DNA of 12,563 nt from a bacterium (lineage in GTDB: Bacteria > Zhuqueibacterota > Zhuqueibacteria > Zhuqueibacterales > Zhuqueibacteraceae), in the NCBI GenBank assembly GCA_044869275.1, contig JBIOXB010000111.1, forward strand, positions 1-12,563, given 5' to 3'. The stretch's first letter is position 1, and each line of letters opens with the position of its first letter. The notes below the pieces were generated by a model. That model saw only the letters and a list, made by a program, of their open reading frames with translations, had not been told where the DNA came from and did no database searches. This document shows positions 1 through 9,677 of this stretch, one piece after another. Made by a program: the position numbers and the translations under genes.

Positions 1-2
1 GC

Positions 3-2882
3 TATCTTAAAAGGGTCGCGCTGGGAAGCGAAAACTTATTGGAGAGTGCCGTCCAGCTTACCGTGATACAAGGCGGCAGCAACAGCTTCGTCAACCTCTC
101 AGTGGCGCAAAACAACCACACCGCCGCCAGCGGGATGATGGTGACGGTTGAAGACGACGTTGCTGGGCAAGTCTGGTACAATCTTTTAGACCTCGGCGGC
201 GGCGGAGCCCCGTCGTCGACACCGCTGGTGGTGAATAGCGTGGTGGTCAATCCCAACACCGCGACCATCAATGCCGGCTATACGATCGCATTGACATTGG
301 GATCGCAGGGCAGCCTCGCGGGCAGTAGCGGAACGATCACGGTGACGTGGCCGAGCGGGACGATCATTCCTCCCTCCATGTCTGCAGCCGCAGTAACCGT
401 GAATGGCAGCAATGCCGCGGGCGTCATCACCAATCCGGCCAATCGGCGCGCGATCGTCACCGTGCCAAGCAATTTGGCGAACAGCAGCAGCGTGACGCTG
501 GCATTCAGCACAAGCGCCAGCATCATCAATCCCAGCGCCGGCAATTATTCCTTGCAGGTGCAGACCAGCGCACAGCTCACGGACGTGAATTCGCCGAATT
601 ATGCCATTCAAGCCATTACACCCGTAACCGTAAGCAACATCACCGTCACTCCGAACGGTACGGCGCAAAACGCAGCCTATACGATTCCCATCACTTTAGG
701 CAGCGGCGGCGCACTGACAGGCGGCAGCAGCACGATTACGGTGACATGGCCGAGTAACACCTATGTTCCTGCAAGTATCGCGAATGCAAATGTTACGGTC
801 AATGGAAGCAACGCAGCAGCGGTAACGAGCAATTCGGTATTGCGGCAAGCGGTTGTCACTGTGCCTGCCAATCTCATCAATAGCGCGAGCGCCACGCTGG
901 CGTTCACGGTGAGCGCCGGCCTCACGAATCCCACAGTGGCGGGCAATTATGTCTTGCAAGTGCAGACCAGTGCACAGCCGTTGAATGGCAATTCGCCGAA
1001 TTATGCGATCAATACGCCCGGCGGTTCGCTCTTGACCGTCGGCAACATCGCGGCGACGCCGGACACGGTCACTCGGCACGCGAGCTACAGCATTCCGATT
1101 GTTTTGGGCAGCAGCGGCGCTCTCGCCGGTGGCAGCGGCGCGATCACCGTGACCTGGCCATTCAACACTCAAGTGCCGGCGAGTATCAACAGTGCTCACG
1201 TCACGATCAATGGCAGTGCCGCGGCCAATGTCACTACCACACCAGCGGCGCGGCAGGCCGTTGTGACCGTGCCCAATAATCTCGCGAATAGTACGAATGT
1301 GATGTTGCTTTTCAGCAGCAGCGCTGGCCTCGCTAATCCGTCCACGGCTGGGGATTATGCTTTGCAAGTATACACCAATGCCGAACCGGCAGGCGCAAAT
1401 TCGCCGAATTACAATATCAAAGCTGCTGCTCCGCCTTCCAACCCCTATGGCACGAGCGTGGCCGCCAGCACCGACGCCAATGTGGAAAAATCCAATCAAA
1501 GCAAGTTGTTTTATTTTCAGAACAAATGGTGGTTGATTGCGTTCGACTCCGTGAAAACAGACTGGCATTTGTGGAGATTTTCGAGTGGCGCATGGACGCG
1601 CGGCCTGCTCGTGGAGAGCCGGCCTGCGGTGCGCATTGATGCCGTGCTCGACTCGGCCAACAGCCGTTTATACTACGTCAGCTCGCATCAGACCGCGACC
1701 CAGGTCGGGCGATTGCTTTACAACGGCACCGGCTGGATCCAAGAGTTGGCATTGGTGAATGTTGCCGGATTCGGCCATGGAAGCACGGCCAACGCCGTCA
1801 GTATCGCGCGCGCCCAGAACGGGCAATTATGGCTGTTCCGCATCAACGGCACAGCCCTGGAAGCCAAGGTCTCCGCTGACAACGGGCAGACCTGGTCGGC
1901 AACCATGGTCCTGAAATCTGGCATCACCGGCAATGGCGGCAACACGGACGGTTTGACTTTCACCGCCAGCGGCAATCGTGTCGGCGTATTTTACGGCATG
2001 ACCTCCGGGAATGGCGGCTTGGCATACGGCTTTTTGCACCATCTGGATGGAGCGGCGAATACCTCGTGGACGGATGAAAGCGCAAGCCTGACGTTCTTTG
2101 GCAATGAAAGAGGCAACAACCTCCTGCACGCGCAAGCGGCAAAGGACGGCCGCCTGTTCTTGGTCACGCGCAACGGCAAAACCGGCGCCGTTAACGCCGT
2201 GCAAAACACGCTTTACCGCCGTTCCACTGGCGGCGTTTGGAGCAAATTCAAACTTAATGTCGGCGCCACCAGTCTCTGGAAAAGTCCGATCGTGGCCATT
2301 GATGAAACCAACAATCGCCTCTACCTCGCTGGAATTCGCAACAATACCTCAGATTTTGGCGAATATAAATCGTGCGGCTTCGGCAGTGAATCAACCTTGG
2401 AAACGCAAACCCCCACGCTGCTGCTGCAACACAACAACGACAATTTTACCGAGCTCACCGCACCGAGCCACGTGGTTTATGAGGCGTATGGGCTGATGTT
2501 CTGCGGCACCAACACCACCGCCAATGACGTCTGGTACAAACAGCTCGATCTCGGGCTGGCAAAGAAAGCGGAAAGAACAGAGCCGGAGCAAAAAATTGCC
2601 GTGCACGATGGGCCCGAAGTTTCAGCCTTTCCCAATCCCTTCAACCCGGCCACCACCATCCGTTTCCGCGTGCCGGAAGCGAACAACGTGCGCTTGCGCA
2701 TCTTCAATCTTCGCGGCGAATTGGTGCGCATGCTATTGGATGAAGAAATGAGCGCGGGCGTGCATGAGCGGCGCTGGAACGGCAGGGATCGGAACGGCCA
2801 TCTTGTGGCGAGCGGAGTGTATTTTTATCGCATCGAAATTGGCGCGAGGATTCTACAAGGCCGGCTGCAGATGATTAAATAG
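3..2882 (+). CDS. Large secreted modular protein, 5'-truncated: tail of a propeller-like domain, 3 Ig-like repeats, BNR/Asp-box propeller-like domain, FlgD-Ig/T9SS type A-like C-terminal domain
   Basis: The frame is open from nt 3 (YLKRVALGSENLLES...), so the TTG at 39 is not the true start. Asp-box SADNGQTW lies at 1872-1895. The C-terminus AFPNPFNPATTIRF...IFNLRGELVRML...AGVHERRWNGRD..G..VASGVYFYRI is typical of this sorting-domain family. Stop TAG at 2880-2882. Confidence 0.85.
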   Translation, partial: YLKRVALGSENLLESAVQLTVIQGGSNSFVNLSVAQNNHTAASGMMVTVEDDVAGQVWYNLLDLGGGGAPSSTPLVVNSVVVNPNTATINAGYTIALTLGSQGSLAGSSGTITVTWPSGTIIPPSMSAAAVTVNGSNAAGVITNPANRRAIVTVPSNLANSSSVTLAFSTSASIINPSAGNYSLQVQTSAQLTDVNSPNYAIQAITPVTVSNITVTPNGTAQNAAYTIPITLGSGGALTGGSSTITVTWPSNTYVPASIANANVTVNGSNAAAVTSNSVLRQAVVTVPANLINSASATLAFTVSAGLTNPTVAGNYVLQVQTSAQPLNGNSPNYAINTPGGSLLTVGNIAATPDTVTRHASYSIPIVLGSSGALAGGSGAITVTWPFNTQVPASINSAHVTINGSAAANVTTTPAARQAVVTVPNNLANSTNVMLLFSSSAGLANPSTAGDYALQVYTNAEPAGANSPNYNIKAAAPPSNPYGTSVAASTDANVEKSNQSKLFYFQNKWWLIAFDSVKTDWHLWRFSSGAWTRGLLVESRPAVRIDAVLDSANSRLYYVSSHQTATQVGRLLYNGTGWIQELALVNVAGFGHGSTANAVSIARAQNGQLWLFRINGTALEAKVSADNGQTWSATMVLKSGITGNGGNTDGLTFTASGNRVGVFYGMTSGNGGLAYGFLHHLDGAANTSWTDESASLTFFGNERGNNLLHAQAAKDGRLFLVTRNGKTGAVNAVQNTLYRRSTGGVWSKFKLNVGATSLWKSPIVAIDETNNRLYLAGIRNNTSDFGEYKSCGFGSESTLETQTPTLLLQHNNDNFTELTAPSHVVYEAYGLMFCGTNTTANDVWYKQLDLGLAKKAERTEPEQKIAVHDGPEVSAFPNPFNPATTIRFRVPEANNVRLRIFNLRGELVRMLLDEEMSAGVHERRWNGRDRNGHLVASGVYFYRIEIGARILQGRLQMIK
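222..1427 (+). repeat. Three intragenic tandem ~133-136 aa beta-rich repeats (222-620, 621-1028, 1029-~1427)
   Basis: Each unit contains Y.I...LGS.G.L.G.S..ITVTWP..T..P.S.....VT.NGS.AA.V......R.A.VTVP.NL.NS....L.F..SA...NP..AG.Y.LQV.T.A.....NSPNY.I. The nucleotide motif aattcgccgaatta recurs at 588, 990 and 1398. Confidence 0.95.
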
Positions 2883-2890
2883 CGGATGAA

Positions 2891-3017
2891 GGCAGGTCGC
2901 AACTGGTCGTGGCCAAAACACCAGAAGCCGGCACGACACGAGAGCCGCACCGAAACGGAATCATTCTTCCGGTGTGGCTCTGTGTTGATTACGGCATTGG
3001 CGCCGAAGCGGCCTGCC
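2891..3017. terminator. Structured spacer between convergent genes; probable bidirectional terminator or stabiliser
   Basis: 12-bp stem 2941-2952/2970-2981 (one G-U), enclosed by a 10-bp stem 2891-2900/3008-3017. No clear U-tract. Confidence 0.5.
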
Positions 3018-3022
3018 AAATC

Positions 3023-3769
3023 TTAAATGGACGAAAAACTCGCCCGCATATACTCCCGATTCATTTGCGCGATGAAATTCACGCTGATCTCTTTGGGGCA
3101 CACCGCCTCGCATTCGTATTGATTGGTGCAATTGCCGAAGCCTTCCTCATCCATTTTCAAGACCATGCTGCGCACGCGGCGCTGGCGCTCGGACTGGCCC
3201 TGCGGCAAATGCGCGAGATGCGAAACTTTCGCCGCAACGAACAGCATGGCGGAGGCATTTTTGCACGCGGCCACGCACGCGCCGCAGCCAATGCACGCGG
3301 CCGCGTCCATGGCGATTTCCGCCTCGTCTTTGGGAATCGGAATGGCATTGGCATCCGGCGCGCCGCCGGTGTTGACCGAAATAAATCCACCCGCGGTCAT
3401 GATGCGATCAAATGCACCGCGGTCCACCACCAGATCTTTGATCACGGGAAAAGGCTTGGCGCGCCAGGGCTCCACATAAATGTGGTCGCCGTCTTTGAAA
3501 TGGCGCATATAAAGCTGGCACGTGGTTTTGCCGCCGCCGGGCCCGTGCGCGATCCCGTTAATCATCAGCGAGCACGTGCCGCAAATGCCCTCGCGGCAAT
3601 CGTGATCGAAGGCAATCGGATCCACGCCCTGCGCCGTCAGCTCCTCATTCATCACGTCCAGCATTTCCAAAAACGACATATCCGGTTTGATTTCCGGCGT
3701 TTCATAAACCACGATCCTTCCCGGTGCTTGCGCATGGGGCTGGCGCCAGACATGCAAATGCACTTTCAT
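3023..3769 (-). CDS. sdhB: Succinate dehydrogenase/fumarate reductase iron-sulfur subunit (248 aa)
   Basis: Start [10 protein letters not shown] at 3769 overlaps the sdhA stop (TAATG). Cluster motifs: [13 protein letters not shown] [2Fe-2S], [11 protein letters not shown] [4Fe-4S], [12 protein letters not shown] [3Fe-4S]. Confidence 0.95.
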   Translation of the reverse strand: MKVHLHVWRQPHAQAPGRIVVYETPEIKPDMSFLEMLDVMNEELTAQGVDPIAFDHDCREGICGTCSLMINGIAHGPGGGKTTCQLYMRHFKDGDHIYVEPWRAKPFPVIKDLVVDRGAFDRIMTAGGFISVNTGGAPDANAIPIPKDEAEIAMDAAACIGCGACVAACKNASAMLFVAAKVSHLAHLPQGQSERQRRVRSMVLKMDEEGFGNCTNQYECEAVCPKEISVNFIAQMNREYMRASFSSI

Positions 3770-5682
3770 TATTTGTAGCTCCTCTCTGCCAGATGGACGA
3801 ATTCGAAATGCAGCGGTTCTTTGTGCATGACGGGCCTTTTGCCGTTGCCTTGGTATTCCCATGCCGCGACGTGGCAATAATTGGCGTCGTCGCGTTTGGC
3901 CTCGCCTTCCGCGGTTTGATGCTCTTCGCGAAAATGTCCGCCACAGGACTCTTCGCGTTCGAGTGCATCGTGGCACATCAGCTCGGCAAGCTCGAAGAAA
4001 TCGGCCACGCGCAAGGCTTTCTCCAATGAAATGTTGAATTCCTCATTCTTGCCAAGAATCGAGACGTTCCTCCAGTACTCCTCGCGCAGCGCTGGAATCT
4101 CTTGCAGGTTTTTTTTCAAGCCGGCCGCGTTGCGCGCCATGCCGCAACGTTCCCACATGAGAGTGCCCAGCTCGCGATGAAATGAATCCACCGTGCGCTT
4201 GCCCGCGATCTCCAGCAGCCGTTTGACCCGCGCGCGCACCTCCGCTTCGGCTTGTTTAAATTCCGCGCGGTCGGTGGAAGTTTTTTGCGGTTTGTACGTC
4301 GCAAAGTAATGGCCAATCGTATACGGCAGAATGAAATAGCCGTCGGCCAGCCCCTGCATGAGGGCGCTCGCGCCCAGGCGGTTCGCACCGTGGTCGGAAA
4401 AGTTCGCTTCGCCGATCACGAACAAGCCGGGAAGATTGCTCATCAAATTATAATCCACCCACAAGCCGCCCATGGTGTAATGCGGCGCAGGATAAATGCG
4501 CATGGGCAGGTGATAAGGATCTTCCGCGGTGATCTCTTCATACATGTCGAACAAATTGCTGTAGCGCTCCCGCACCACGTTCTCGCCCAGCCGCCTGATC
4601 GCGTCGGAAAAATCGAGATACACACCGCGCTTGCTCTCGCCCACGCCGCGGCCCTCGTCACACACCTCCTTGGACGCACGCGAGGCAATATCACGCGGGG
4701 CGAGGTTGCCGAAGCTCGGATACTTGCGTTCGAGAAAATAATCGCGCTCGTCCTCGGGAATGTCCCGCGGCGCCCGCGTGTCGCCCTTTTTCTTGGGCAC
4801 CCAGATGCGGCCGTCATTGCGCAGGGATTCCGACATTAGCGTGAGCTTGGATTGGTAATCGCCGCTCACCGGAATGCAGGTGGGGTGAATTTGCGTGTAG
4901 CACGGATTGGCAAAGGCCGCACCGCGCTTGTGCGCGCGCCAGATGGCGCTGGTGTTGCAGCCCTTGGCATTGGTCGAAAGAAAAAACACCGGGCTATAGC
5001 CGCCGGTCGCCAGCACCACCGCATCTGCAACATGCGCTTCGATCTTTCCCGTCTCCAGACTGCGCGTGATGATGCCGCGCGCGACGCCCTCGATGACGAC
5101 CAGATCGACCATTTCCGTGCGCGTGAACATCTTCACGTTGCCCAAGCCGATTTGCCGGCTGAGGCCGGCATAGCATCCCAACAGCAACTGCTGCCCGGTT
5201 TGCCCGCGTGCATAAAACGTTCTGGAAACTTGCGCGCCGCCAAAGGAACGATTCGCGAGCTGGCCGCCGTATTCGCGGGCAAACGGCACGCCTTGCGCGA
5301 CGCATTGGTCGATGATATTCGCGCTCACTTGCGCGAGGCGATACACGTTCGCTTCGCGCGCGCGGAAATCGCCGCCTTTGATGGTGTCGTAAAACAAGCG
5401 ATAAACGCTGTCGCCGTCGTTTTGATAATTCTTGGCAGCGTTGATGCCGCCTTGCGCCGCGATGCTGTGCGCGCGCCGCGGGCTGTCTTGAAAACAAAAG
5501 CAGCGCACCCGGTAACCCAGTTCCGCCAGCGTTGCCGCGGCCGAGCCGCCCGCCAGTCCCGTGCCCACAATGAGCACTTCGAATTTTCTTTTGTTCGCGG
5601 GATTGATCAGCTTCATTTCAAAGCGATGATTATCCCACTTCTTCTCCAGTGGTCCGGAGGGAATCTTGGCATCGAGTATCAT
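3769..5682 (-). CDS. sdhA: Succinate dehydrogenase/fumarate reductase flavoprotein subunit (637 aa)
   Basis: GGAGG RBS before ATG at 5682 ([12 protein letters not shown]). Motifs: FAD-binding VGTGLAGG, covalent-[48 protein letters not shown]. Confidence 0.97.
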   Translation of the reverse strand: MILDAKIPSGPLEKKWDNHRFEMKLINPANKRKFEVLIVGTGLAGGSAAATLAELGYRVRCFCFQDSPRRAHSIAAQGGINAAKNYQNDGDSVYRLFYDTIKGGDFRAREANVYRLAQVSANIIDQCVAQGVPFAREYGGQLANRSFGGAQVSRTFYARGQTGQQLLLGCYAGLSRQIGLGNVKMFTRTEMVDLVVIEGVARGIITRSLETGKIEAHVADAVVLATGGYSPVFFLSTNAKGCNTSAIWRAHKRGAAFANPCYTQIHPTCIPVSGDYQSKLTLMSESLRNDGRIWVPKKKGDTRAPRDIPEDERDYFLERKYPSFGNLAPRDIASRASKEVCDEGRGVGESKRGVYLDFSDAIRRLGENVVRERYSNLFDMYEEITAEDPYHLPMRIYPAPHYTMGGLWVDYNLMSNLPGLFVIGEANFSDHGANRLGASALMQGLADGYFILPYTIGHYFATYKPQKTSTDRAEFKQAEAEVRARVKRLLEIAGKRTVDSFHRELGTLMWERCGMARNAAGLKKNLQEIPALREEYWRNVSILGKNEEFNISLEKALRVADFFELAELMCHDALEREESCGGHFREEHQTAEGEAKRDDANYCHVAAWEYQGNGKRPVMHKEPLHFEFVHLAERSYK

Positions 5683-5683
5683 A

Positions 5684-6376
5684 TCAATTTCCTCCCACCG
5701 GTTTGATGAAGCCCAACAGCACGGCAATGGGCACGGATACAAATCCCAGACACACCAGCCAGGCGACTGCCGGGCCAAACCTCTTGAGCCAGGCCTGGAA
5801 GCGCGGTTGATTCCATCCCAATGATTGAAAAAAACTGGCGGCGCCGTGGCTCAAATGCGAGAACAGCAACACCATGGCGAGGATGTAAAAGCCGGAGACC
5901 AGAACGTTTTGAAAACCATGCACCACCATATTGTAAATGTCGTGCCGGCCCTGGGCATCGCTCATGTTGAAATTGCGGGGATCGGTCACCCCAAACGTGA
6001 AATGCAAAAGATGATAAATGGCAAAGGCAAGAATAATCAAACCGCTGACCACCATGGTGCGCGAAGCGAGCGTGGCTTGCACCGTTTTTTTTGAAGCATA
6101 CGCAACCGGCCGTGCGGCGCGGTTTTGCAGCTTGAGGCGCAGGGCGTAAGCCACGTGTGCGGCGAAGATGCCGAGCAAGCCCAGGCGCACCACCCACAGC
6201 AGCGGGCCCAACTTGCGCAGCGTGACGCCATAGTTATTCATGGCGTCTTGACCGATGAACATTTGCAAATTACCCGCCATGTGCACCAGGACAAACAACA
6301 CCAGGCCCGCGCCGGATAGCGCCATGATCACCTTGCCGCCGATCGAAGAGTTGAACACGGCCGAGCGCTCACTCAT
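5684..6376 (-). CDS. sdhC: Succinate dehydrogenase cytochrome b558-type membrane anchor (230 aa, probably di-haem)
   Basis: AAGGAGG RBS before ATG at 6376 ([15 protein letters not shown]). About five hydrophobic helices with His motifs HMAGN, AHVAY, HLLHF and HLSHG. First gene of the C-A-B operon, with no sdhD. Confidence 0.92.
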   Translation of the reverse strand: MSERSAVFNSSIGGKVIMALSGAGLVLFVLVHMAGNLQMFIGQDAMNNYGVTLRKLGPLLWVVRLGLLGIFAAHVAYALRLKLQNRAARPVAYASKKTVQATLASRTMVVSGLIILAFAIYHLLHFTFGVTDPRNFNMSDAQGRHDIYNMVVHGFQNVLVSGFYILAMVLLFSHLSHGAASFFQSLGWNQPRFQAWLKRFGPAVAWLVCLGFVSVPIAVLLGFIKPVGGN

Positions 6377-6433
6377 CCATTCCTCCTTATCTTGCTGGGC
6401 TGCAGAAATCCGACTTCGCAAAACATTATGTTC

Positions 6434-6461
6434 AACTTAGAATTCTCGGCGAGACTTGCAA
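6434..6461 (-). promoter_or_regulatory. Possible sigma70-type promoter for sdhCAB
   Basis: Minus strand reads TTGCAA-N16-TAAGTT about 60 nt upstream of sdhC. The match to consensus is weak. Confidence 0.3.
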
Positions 6462-6492
6462 GAGGTTTTTGAGCGAGAGGCCGCGCATTTCT

Positions 6493-7128
6493 TCACACCA
6501 TGCCAGCTTGACCAGAAACCTCGTAATGCTGAACCGTCGGCTCAAATTCGAGCAGATACTTTTCGTCTTCCGGATAGTAGCGCGCGCGTTCGTAGTTTTC
6601 GCCGGCAAACTGTTTGATGGAGGCAATCGCATCCCAAAACGACAGCGTCAGAAAGTGCGATTCTTCTCCAGTGATGAGACGCAAGACAAATGCGCCCTGA
6701 TTGCCTTTGGTCTGACGATAGCCAGGAATGCCAGTTTTGTTTATGTAATCGAGATATACTTCGCTTTTGTCTGCCGGTGTGATCCCATGCCAGATTCTGG
6801 CGATCATCGCTTTCCCCGTGGTCGAACCAAATGCCTGATAGTGGCTCGCACGCTGGTCATAGCGGGAAAGCAGCGCGCGTGCTTTAGGTGGAATGACGGC
6901 TAACTCATGCTCCTGGCCGGCAAATGCTCGCACGGCGTCCATCGCTGCAAACCAAAGCAGGGTCACGAATTCGGCTTCGTTTTCCAGATCGCGCTGCAAT
7001 AAGTGATGGCCTTGGTACCCCTTGATCTGCCGGTTGGCAATGCCGGGCAGAATTTCATTTTTCAGAAGCGCGAGATACGCCGCGGCGTTCTCGGGCGTCG
7101 TGCATCCGTGCCAAATTCTGCAAATCAT
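6493..7128 (-). CDS. Tandem double antibiotic-biosynthesis-monooxygenase (ABM, dimeric alpha/beta barrel) domain protein (211 aa)
   Basis: GAGGAGG RBS before ATG at 7128. Two homologous ~105-aa halves: MICRIWHGCT...KGYQG...FVTL..FAG...LL...HY and MIARIWHGIT...KGNQG...FLTL..FAG...LL...HY. Confidence 0.85.
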   Translation of the reverse strand: MICRIWHGCTTPENAAAYLALLKNEILPGIANRQIKGYQGHHLLQRDLENEAEFVTLLWFAAMDAVRAFAGQEHELAVIPPKARALLSRYDQRASHYQAFGSTTGKAMIARIWHGITPADKSEVYLDYINKTGIPGYRQTKGNQGAFVLRLITGEESHFLTLSFWDAIASIKQFAGENYERARYYPEDEKYLLEFEPTVQHYEVSGQAGMV

Positions 7129-7181
7129 GATTGCAAACCTCCTCGTTTTTTGGATCATAGCAACATCGCCCGGTCCATGTG

Positions 7182-9677
7182 TTATATACCGTGGCGGACC
7201 AGATAAGATAGCTTGAAGAAGATCACCCGCCGGTTGCGCTGCCACCCCGGTTCCAAGTGGTTGGTAAATGGGTTGAAGCCGTCATAATTCAAATCATCGT
7301 TGTATCCCAGGTAAAACGCCGTTCCCGGATTCGGAGTCCAGCCGAACATAAATTGTCCGCGCACATTTTCGATCATGGTATCGTAATCCAAGCGCGCCCG
7401 CACAAACGTGAAGCGTGTGAAATGGTAGTTCATGCGCAACGAATAGAGGTTTTGATCAAAAACGACGCCTTTCGAGTCGTTGCGAACCAAACGGCTTTTG
7501 GTGTAATCGAGCGAAAGCCGCAGCACGTCGGTTGGCTGATGTGCCCCCGAGGCCGTCACGAAAAGCGATCTGGCAGGACCGGGGTCGAGTGGCGCATGGG
7601 GATTCGCCAGCGCCGCCGGACTGACCCGCGGAAATTTGGGGCCTGCGCCAAAATCGTAGTCCAACAAGTCCCAGGCGTTGTCAATTGTGACTTTCAACGA
7701 ATACCTTTTGCTCGGCGCCGTCCCGGCTTCAATCACGAAGCCTTTATAGATGGTGCTTCGTTCAGCAGCTCCCACAAATGCCCCAGGTCGCGTTGCTGTC
7801 CTTTGGGGGCCGAACTCTTCTTCAAACAGCCGCAAAAAATCGCGATACAAATAAAAATTGAAGAACGTTTGTCGTTTGAAGTTCAGCAAGAGGCGTGGAT
7901 AGTGATACCAGTACTGCACTCGCCTCTGCCAGTCGAACTGCGCGAGAAAAGTGTACAGCACGCTCCATGAGATGAGGTTAGAGTTTGGTTTTGGTTTTGA
8001 ATTGTACCGCCCAAACAGCGACCACCGGTTCATATCGACACGCTGCGTGAAACCAACGTCGGCGCGGTAGTCCGGCGTGTATCCTTCACCTGCAAATTGC
8101 ACGCTGAGGCGCCGTCCGGTCTTGCTGAGTTCCGAGAAATAACCGAAGCCGTTTCCGGTGCGATAGAAGTTTTGGTTCGCCTCTGGATCATAGAAGAATC
8201 GTCGCGAAGTCGTGCCGAGCAGTTGAAAGTTGAAAAAAGTGGTTGGGCTGACGCTGAGACGCCCGTCAATCCCAACCAGGTGATTGTATTTTTCGATGAA
8301 ATTATAGCTGGTGGCAATCATCCCCATGCTGGATTGGTGGCCGATATTGCGCCTGGCCCGCAACACTCCGATATGCGCATTCTTGCCAAGGAATTTTTCA
8401 ATGCTGGGCCGCAAGGCGGCATCGGATCGTTCCTCTTCGCTAAAACTACCCGGCGCGTCGTCGCTCGCCAGCATCAGCCCGAAGCTTGTGCGCCCGCGCT
8501 TGCCCGACAATTTCATCGCCGCATTCGGATCAATAATCGTGCGCGTGTGTACGGCTTGAACGGGCATGCGAAAGAGATCGATGCCTTCGAGAAAAAACGG
8601 CCGCTTCTCCTCGAAAAAAAGTGGAAACCGCTGATTGGCGGTAATCTGAGGCTGATCGGCCTCGACTTCTCCAAAATCAGGATTCACGGCTGCGTCGAGG
8701 CTGATGCCCGAAGTTAACCTGATTTTTACGGTCAATCCTGAAGTGGGTTGCAACGGTTGCTCAAGCCATCGTCCGGCGTCAATCAGGCTGGGATTGGCTG
8801 CTTTTGCAGAAGCTGGCCAGGCGCGCACACGTTTGCCCGTCTCGGCAACGGCGAAGGTGGGAATGAGTTCCAGCGTACGCTCGGCGGAAAGGTTTGCGAG
8901 GCCGGTAAGATATCCGGCTTGCGCGAGGAATCGCGCTCTTGTTTCTTTGCTGCCGACCTGGTCACGGCGCAATGGCATCCAGGAATTCTCCTCATCGAGG
9001 GACTTGATCTGGCGCAGGAGATGAATGCCCCACAATTTTTCCTTTCCGGCTTCAAATTTGATGGAGCTGAAAGGCACCGCGATTTCAAGGGTGTAGCCTT
9101 CGCCGGTCAGCATTCCCTTTGACTGCATCACCACGTCAACGCTGTAATCGGGTCCGCTGCCTTCGGTGAAGACCCCGTCCTGCTGGATGCCGAGTGGATT
9201 GAGCATCAACACATAAGCCGTGCGCCGATCATTAAAAGTGTCCAGATAAATGGTGACGTAATCGTCATTCATCACCTCATCGCGCTTGGCTACGGTCGCG
9301 CGAATCTTCCGCGGATCGTTGAACGCGCGAATGCCGAGGTAAAGACACTTATGGTCGTAGCCCAACATCGCCACCGTCTGATATGAGGGCGCGGTGTTGT
9401 CGCCCGGCTGTGTTTGATAGAAATTTTTCAAAACGGCCGCCTGTCGCCATACCTCTTCATCAAGCTTTCCGTCAATCGCCGGTGGTAATCCAAAGCGCAC
9501 CAGGCGCACGGCCTGTGCCCTATCTGGCGGCAACACTTCGCGCGAATTGGCGGGTGCCAGGTTCGCCGCTTCGGGCGACGATTGTGTCTGTGCCGCAAGC
9601 TCGCTCCTCGAAATTCTGCTGAAAACGCCCGCCAACAGAAGTGTGGAGATGAGAATAGTTCTTAACCGTGCCTGCAT
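7182..9677 (-). CDS. CBM9-like sugar-binding domain plus DUF5916 outer-membrane beta-barrel-like protein (831 aa)
   Basis: AAGGAGG RBS and an N-terminal signal peptide. CBM9-like motifs IDGKLDEEVW...FYQTQP..YLGIRA...RD...LDTFND. DUF5916-type motifs NPDFGEVEAD..NQRFPLFFEEKRPFFLEG..HTRTI. C-terminal FFKLSYL resembles a last barrel strand. Confidence 0.85.
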   Translation of the reverse strand: MQARLRTILISTLLLAGVFSRISRSELAAQTQSSPEAANLAPANSREVLPPDRAQAVRLVRFGLPPAIDGKLDEEVWRQAAVLKNFYQTQPGDNTAPSYQTVAMLGYDHKCLYLGIRAFNDPRKIRATVAKRDEVMNDDYVTIYLDTFNDRRTAYVLMLNPLGIQQDGVFTEGSGPDYSVDVVMQSKGMLTGEGYTLEIAVPFSSIKFEAGKEKLWGIHLLRQIKSLDEENSWMPLRRDQVGSKETRARFLAQAGYLTGLANLSAERTLELIPTFAVAETGKRVRAWPASAKAANPSLIDAGRWLEQPLQPTSGLTVKIRLTSGISLDAAVNPDFGEVEADQPQITANQRFPLFFEEKRPFFLEGIDLFRMPVQAVHTRTIIDPNAAMKLSGKRGRTSFGLMLASDDAPGSFSEEERSDAALRPSIEKFLGKNAHIGVLRARRNIGHQSSMGMIATSYNFIEKYNHLVGIDGRLSVSPTTFFNFQLLGTTSRRFFYDPEANQNFYRTGNGFGYFSELSKTGRRLSVQFAGEGYTPDYRADVGFTQRVDMNRWSLFGRYNSKPKPNSNLISWSVLYTFLAQFDWQRRVQYWYHYPRLLLNFKRQTFFNFYLYRDFLRLFEEEFGPQRTATRPGAFVGAAERSTIYKGFVIEAGTAPSKRYSLKVTIDNAWDLLDYDFGAGPKFPRVSPAALANPHAPLDPGPARSLFVTASGAHQPTDVLRLSLDYTKSRLVRNDSKGVVFDQNLYSLRMNYHFTRFTFVRARLDYDTMIENVRGQFMFGWTPNPGTAFYLGYNDDLNYDGFNPFTNHLEPGWQRNRRVIFFKLSYLVRHGI

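Noticed and set aside
39..41. TTG start of the 947-aa ORF
   Set aside because: The frame is open from nt 3, there is no signal peptide, and residues upstream of 39 continue the alignment with the second propeller copy. The gene starts outside the window.
588..1411. aattcgccgaatta recurring at ~400-nt spacing as a DNA-level element
   Set aside because: Fully explained by the in-frame NSPNY motif of the protein repeats.
2909..5706. Long plus-strand ORFs (2909-3778, 4252-4839, 4852-5706)
   Set aside because: Antisense shadows of sdhB and sdhA caused by GC-rich codon bias; no recognisable motifs.
3770..7245. N-terminal extensions in the ORF track for sdhB (3976), sdhA (5778), sdhC (6421) and the ABM gene (7245)
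   Set aside because: Those of sdhB, sdhA and the ABM gene overlap the upstream gene. In all four cases the downstream ATG has a clear RBS or stop-start coupling and matches the family N-terminus.
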